A stretch of DNA of 17,961 nt, taken from Vulcanimicrobiales bacterium. Its GTDB lineage: Bacteria; Vulcanimicrobiota; Vulcanimicrobiia; Vulcanimicrobiales; Vulcanimicrobiaceae. The stretch covers positions 1 through 17,961 of the forward strand of contig JBBQQR010000030.1 of assembly GCA_038215615.1 (NCBI GenBank), written 5' to 3'. This document shows, piece after piece, positions 16,514 to 17,961 of this stretch. A program made the position numbers and the translations under genes. Every line of letters begins with the position of its first letter. The stretch's first letter is position 1. The notes beneath the pieces were generated by a model. The model saw only the letters and a list, made by a program, of their open reading frames with translations. It was not told the origin of the DNA and ran no database searches.

Positions 16514-17485
16514 ATGATTCGATTTAGTGCACTCGCTGCTTTTGCGCTTTTGGCAATCGCCGTGTATCTGAACCCGACCGCCGCACCGAGCGCGGTCCCA
16601 ACCGCCAAGCCGACGCCTGTCGGCCTTCAGTACGATGAGATCGTACGGATGGCAGTTCCGCCGGGGACGCCGCCACCCCCCGGCTCATTCCAACCGGATT
16701 ACGCGGCGATATTGCATCCGGCGGCAAACCCGGATGACACAATCGACGCCGATGCGGCCGCTGCGATGAAAAGCCTCGGAATCAAGATTCCCGGCGGCAT
16801 TCCGGGTTTCGGCAACGGTACGCTGGCGCGATACGCGTTTTATAAAGGATGGGTGCGCGTCGATGACTTGGTGGCGCACACGGCGGAGATCCGCAAGTGC
16901 GACGTCCGCCAGTTCATCGAGCTCGATTTAAACAAGAAAACCTATCACATGGAAAGTTCTTCAACTGCGGCAACGCCGTCTTTCGGTAATGTCGGCGCGC
17001 AAGCGGGTTCAGCGGGAGAGCCGGGCGCCGCCTCGATGACTATTTCACGCAAGACCAGTGGCCTTGGGCCGATGACCCTCGAAGGCGTCGCGACCAAAGG
17101 CTACAGCGTCGTAAATACAATGACGATCGCGCGAGCGACCGGCAGCTGTCAAAATGGAAACTTCACGAGCATTCAAACTGAATACATTTCGGGGATTCGC
17201 CAGCCGCGGGCATTCTGCACGCTCTCAAATCCTGCGATTGATGCCGGCATGGGATCCAGCACGGGCGGTTGCCGTCCGACGTTTTCGTATCGCAACGTAG
17301 GGCCCGCGCCTCCGTCGGACCGTCTGGTCATGTATTCGCGCATGGCTATTCTTCCGCCTAACGCGACGGGCGAAAGCGCGGCCGTGAGCGCGTTCGTTAC
17401 CGAGCGCGGCAACGTAAGAGTCCTCTATCAGCCGGATGCAGTCGCACTGTTTACGGTGCCAGCAGACTTCACTCAACAGCCTTAA
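16514..17485 (+). CDS. Secreted hypothetical protein
   Basis: GGAG SD, signal peptide, Pro/Thr-rich linker, beta-rich body with 4 Cys, ending LFTVPADFT. Confidence 0.85.
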   Translation: MIRFSALAAFALLAIAVYLNPTAAPSAVPTAKPTPVGLQYDEIVRMAVPPGTPPPPGSFQPDYAAILHPAANPDDTIDADAAAAMKSLGIKIPGGIPGFGNGTLARYAFYKGWVRVDDLVAHTAEIRKCDVRQFIELDLNKKTYHMESSSTAATPSFGNVGAQAGSAGEPGAASMTISRKTSGLGPMTLEGVATKGYSVVNTMTIARATGSCQNGNFTSIQTEYISGIRQPRAFCTLSNPAIDAGMGSSTGGCRPTFSYRNVGPAPPSDRLVMYSRMAILPPNATGESAAVSAFVTERGNVRVLYQPDAVALFTVPADFTQQP

Positions 17486-17502
17486 GCTCAGGCGAGGAAA
17501 TT

Positions 17503-17961
17503 ATGAAGCATCTACCATCCGCACTCTTTCTGGCAACCCTGTGTATGGCGCCCGTACTTGCCGCGCCGGTGGCCCCGGGCCGAGGCCAAATAGCCGGCGA
17601 CATAATTCAATTGAATCAGCAGTTTCATATCGATCACTATAATTTTCGGATTCAGCAAATTGAATGGGTCGGCCCGGATAGTGCGTTTGGTAAAGCACTC
17701 GATGGTGAGTCGATTGATGAGGGCAAAGGCTTCATATTGATTACTGCGACGGTGAAGAGCACTTTCAACGATGCCGAAAGTCTGCCGATCCCAGAGATCC
17801 AGGTCTTTTATAAGACGGAACGCAGAGGTCGTGCCGATGTTCGGGGAAATTCGTTTAGCGGCGTAACTCCGTTGGTGCATTATCTCACGCAGCTTGCTGA
17901 TCTGCAACTGCGATGTGTTGGTACCCGTCTAAGCGGCGCCAAGATGACGAGAGCCGCTTGA
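17503..17961 (+). CDS. Secreted hypothetical protein, DUF4352-like Ig fold possible; 3' part possibly disrupted
   Basis: GAGGA SD, signal peptide, 'GKGFILITATVKS'. The last ~50 aa look less protein-like. Confidence 0.6.
   Translation: MKHLPSALFLATLCMAPVLAAPVAPGRGQIAGDIIQLNQQFHIDHYNFRIQQIEWVGPDSAFGKALDGESIDEGKGFILITATVKSTFNDAESLPIPEIQVFYKTERRGRADVRGNSFSGVTPLVHYLTQLADLQLRCVGTRLSGAKMTRAA

Noticed and set aside
17931..17959. AAGCGGC...GCCGCTT inverted repeat as a terminator
   Set aside because: 7-bp stem with a 15-nt loop, inside the ORF at the window edge, with no visible U-tract.

Overview
GC-rich bacterial chromosomal segment; the gene style suggests Candidatus Eremiobacterota/Vulcanimicrobiota, but this is inference only. 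Bases 1-13.3 kb are densely packed housekeeping genes: a partial TrkA-N/RCK gene, a SAM methyltransferase, an ETF-quinone oxidoreductase-thiS-thiG run, a LOG/SLOG protein coupled to a beta-CASP nuclease, SixA with an FAD oxidoreductase, a TonB-C protein, and a branched-chain-type 2-oxoacid dehydrogenase operon. That operon has two intact, diverged, tandem E1-alpha genes, one E1-beta, one E2 and no E3. Bases 13.3-18 kb look accessory: a REP-like element, a VOC protein, a frameshifted GNAT, a PDZ/multi-TM/GAF sensor with no output domain bracketed by 29-bp direct repeats resembling a tRNA 3' end, and two secreted hypotheticals. A GG-N18-C(G/A)AA motif recurs just upstream of several start codons. 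All family assignments come from motif recognition, not database searches.
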